Part shown: positions 32,192 through 35,486 of the stretch, in pieces | Position numbering within the stretch: the stretch's first letter is position 1 | How the letters are laid out: every line of letters starts with the position of its first letter | Source of the DNA: Octopus bimaculoides | Taxonomy: Eukaryota | Reading direction: 5' to 3' | Length of the DNA: 35,486 nucleotides | Assembly (NCBI RefSeq): GCF_001194135.2 | Contig: NC_068983.1 | Location: forward strand, 164,583,283 to 164,618,768 | Position numbers and translations under genes: made by a program | Notes under the pieces: model-generated | What the model was told of the DNA's origin: nothing | Database searches by the model: none | Seen by the model: the letters and a program-made list of their open reading frames with translations, nothing else

Positions 32192-33349
32192 GACACGGTA
32201 GAGTGATCAAAGAACATAATTTTGACAGCTGGAATCGTAGCAATTTCAGCAACATGTAAGAAACTAAAAAACGTATGACATAAAATCGATATTACAGAAC
32301 ATAAACTATTGATTATGTGAATCTGCAGCGGGGCGCAATGAATACCCAAAACATATGTGATAATTTTATTTGACCATATTTTTAGCTCGTAAGATAGGAA
32401 ATGGTAACTGTCTGAAGAAGATAAGAAGCGGACTGTTACGTTCTTTAGGCGGTTCCTTTCCTATCTTGCACGTTCGGCTTTTACCAATTGAGAGATAACT
32501 AAAGGTGTCGGTTCGTATGTCCTCAACATTCTTACCTAAATTATAGTTTGAAAATCAGGAAGAACATTGATAACTGTATCATTAATGTACGCCTTTGGCT
32601 CCACAAACATTAGTCTCTCCTTACCATCTTTTCTAGTTTGTATTTATGTCTTTCACCTCTTTGTCCTTGAATTCTTCATCATCTTTACTTTTATTTCGTT
32701 TCCTTTACAGTATTCACCTTCTTCCAGCATATTTCTCAACGTTCAGCTTCTTAAGACTTTCTCTCGTTTTTCTCTATCAATTCTCTCATTACTCACTGTT
32801 TTTACTTCAAACATTGCTAAACATCGTTACATTGCTAACTGTTTCCATACATTTTTTTATGTTTATTTTCTCCTTTTCGTTTATCGTTGTATTTCTTATC
32901 AATTTCCTTCTCGATTCCTGCATTTTGATTTCTTCTTACTGTCTCATTCAACTTATATTTCCGCCCTTATCAAAAAGGTTTAACAAACATTCCTGAAATA
33001 TTTCTTGTTGATTTAAGTTACTAAATAGAAACTGAAGGTAAAAATAAACCACGCTTACGTATTTGTTGTCTTTAAGTAGTGAAGATACAGAAGCGGTGCA
33101 GCCCCAAGAATTCATGTATGTTGTATGATAATTTAATGTTCAAGTACCGCAGGTTCTGATTTGGTTTTTAATCACTCTTCAGTCAAAAAATATTTGTAAT
33201 GCATTGGATTAACTGAGAAAAACTATATCAACGTACATTGTCTCCATTATCCACATCCTTTCTACTGCGATTTAACCAATTAGGGCGAAATCGAATATTA
33301 GCTGTCAGTAGTTGATTTATGTTTTATATCATAGCAAAATATATTATTG

Positions 33350-33552
33350 CAAAATCCTTAGTGCGCCGGACAAAATGCTCAGCAGCATTTCTTCCGGCTT
33401 TACATACTGAATTCAAATGCTACCTAGGTCATCATTGTCTTCGATTCTTTCGGGGTCGATAAAATAAGTATCAGCGAAATACTAGGGTCGATGAAATTAA
33501 CTAAGCCCCTTCACAAAGTTTGGGGAGATGATTAGGCACTGTAGAAAGGACC
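33350..33552 (+). mobile_element. SINE family A copy, degraded
   Basis: GCGCCGGACAAAATGCTCAGCAGCATTTC...TTTCGGGGTCGATAAAATAAGTATCAG...GTAGAAAGG. Confidence 0.82.
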
Positions 33553-34149
33553 ATAGCAAACCATTCGCTATTTATTTCACAGTTTTTTGAAACATCATAA
33601 AGCATAAAGTGTTCTCACACCAAACAGAGTTTTTAACTCCCAATTTTAATTATTTACCGTACTCTCCCAATGCTGTTTAATCAACCAGGTACGACAAAAC
33701 TCCAGTTGTTTAAATCCTATTTCGAAATCATTACAGCTAATCACACGTTATTAAATATTTTTGATCGCAAATAGCCAGATATTTCGTTATATACCTCAAA
33801 TACGTACGAGTGGACGTCATGAAAAGGACGTAATAAGCTAACGGTGAGTTTTGTTCAGCTTAGCGTTTCGAAATTTGTGTATAAGAGAAATGTATATTAA
33901 ATACTATTGCTGAGAACTTCGAAATAAACCTGAAGTATAAATGCTCTGATCAAAATATGAAGTACGCCGTGTGCATCATATATCACAAATGCTAAATTTT
34001 GAGTTTTAATTAACAGCTTTTATCGTTACACCGGGTCGGTTGCATTTTCCTCTTTCTTCAGCATCTGAGGAACCAAACTAAAATAACTGAAATGCAGTAG
34101 TTTTATATAAAATAAACATTTACGTTAGAGAAGGGCAGACGTTTTTCGG

Positions 34150-34310
34150 GAAGCGAACACTCGACATCAGTACTTTAGGGACCTTGTTAGAATGAAAGTC
34201 ATCGTTGGTCTCAACCGGATGTGAATTCAGAACGGAAAAAGCAAGAACAAATATTGCAATAAACTTCTGACGTCTTAAAGATTCTACTAATCTACCATCT
34301 CTTCTGCGTA
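34150..34310 (-). mobile_element. Very degraded SINE family A-related copy
   Basis: GAATGAAAGTCATCGTTGGTCTCAACCGGATGTGAATTCAGAACG on + is a remote match to the reverse complement of the family. Confidence 0.55.
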
Positions 34311-35259
34311 AAATAATTCTTGTGAAACATTATTAAAATCGAGGGATAATTAATACATTTGGTTCTGGTCTAGAATTGATTCGTTCGAATTTAGTTTTCG
34401 ATCTTTACCTTGTTAATTTAAAATATCACTTCTTTCCTCAATGTTTATTTATGAACAAAAATATAAACATCGCAACAAATTAAAGCAGCGGGAAATTATT
34501 GGTAGAAATATCAAACTGATGAAGTTAGAAAATATAAATATAAACTGGAATTGTTGAGTCGTAGTCATGATCACCTTCAATTACAACGATAAATATATAC
34601 CTAATAATTCGAAGATTAAATTATGTGTCTCTCACGGTTTTATCTTGGATTTGTGCAATATAAAATCGAAGAAAATCAATTCGTTATTCAATTTAGAACT
34701 CGAATTATATATAATTACCGCTTTCGTTATTCATAGTCTGTATAAAATACTAAATATAAAACTACCATTCTCTTGCTTTGCTTTGAGAAAAAATTGGCCA
34801 GAGATCAAAGCAGTTAATTTTGCTTTACCTCAGCAATTTGTAACTATACCAATAATATTAATAATATGCTGAACAGAGAAAATGTGCTCACATGTTGTTG
34901 TATAGTCGGAGAGTCATTATGCCAATACTAAACACACTCACTGGTTCTGTTTCACTTCTTTATTTGTAAATTGTCAATTAGTTAATTATTCAGCAACTTA
35001 AAAAGAAATCTATTTTTGATTACGTTTTCACTCAGTCAATCAGTCACCTAGGTATGTCGAAGTCCCTTTCGTCGCCATTCGTGACCTCCTCCTTGACATG
35101 ACTTTCACTTCTCCGGGTCTGCTTCGGCTCTGTCTGACTTGTTATTGGCATAACAACGCTCCCGAGATACAGCAGAGTATCTTTCAACGTACAGCTTCAC
35201 ATCAAGAAGTTTGCAAACCAAATAAAACATGAAATATATACACATTTCTGTCTTATATA

Positions 35260-35415
35260 GGCGCGGGACTGGCTGTATGGTAAGTAGCTTGCTTACCAAC
35301 CACATGATTCGGGGTTCAGTCTCACTGCGTGGCACCTTGGGCAAGTGCCTTCAACAACAGCCTCGGGCCGACCAAAGCCTTGTGAGTGGATTTGGTAGAC
35401 GGAAACTGAAAGAAG
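35260..35415 (+). mobile_element. tRNA-derived SINE family D (CORE-like block), full length
   Basis: A-box-like TGGCTGTATGG, B-box-like GGGTTCAGTC, CACCTTGGGCAAGTG block, tail TGTGAGTGGATTTGGTAGACGGAAACTGAAAGAAG, followed by TA/TG microsatellite. Confidence 0.9.
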
Positions 35416-35431
35416 TCATATATATATATAT

Positions 35432-35448
<17 letters not shown>

Positions 35449-35486
<38 letters not shown>
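35449..35486. repeat. (GT)n microsatellite running off the window end
   Basis: Direct inspection. Confidence 0.98.

Noticed and set aside
32560-33000. Strand-biased T-rich tract with 116-138 aa ORFs (similar tracts at 1000-1480 and 10500-11700)
   Set aside because: Low-complexity F/L/S-rich translations. Possibly very old LINE/PLE debris, but no motif could be recovered.
33130-33190. Minus-strand CTGAAGA-GTGATT/AATCA-GAAC...GTA motif
   Set aside because: One core A is missing and there is no stem I. Similar partial matches at 4219, 11797, 23583, 26752 and 34517 also fail on GAAA or stem I.

Overview
AT-rich, microsatellite-dense animal genomic DNA from a scaffold assembly with six N-gaps. 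The repeat landscape suggests a cephalopod such as Octopus (inference). No protein-coding host gene can be called with confidence, and almost the whole ORF track is microsatellite or gap artefact. The window holds (i) about 13 copies of one tRNA-derived SINE family, three with clear 12-17 bp target-site duplications and two alternative 3' tails, plus four other SINE-like families; (ii) three 5'-truncated R4/Dong-type RLE non-LTR retrotransposon fragments, each with its 5' junction in a TAA run; (iii) a hAT-like element (5542-7121) that encloses a nest of other insertions; (iv) three well-formed minimal type-I hammerhead-ribozyme motifs (5879-5937 +, 6155-6200 -, 22893-22955 +) plus decayed relics. 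Best lead: a composite element at 6107-6728 (-) with a tRNA-like Pol III head, a (TAA)n linker and a hammerhead-containing tail. It looks like a ribozyme-bearing SINE whose TAA linker was used as a landing site by a Dong-like retrotransposon. A CpG-rich candidate promoter or first exon (about 29330-29595) and a few weak exon candidates are also noted.
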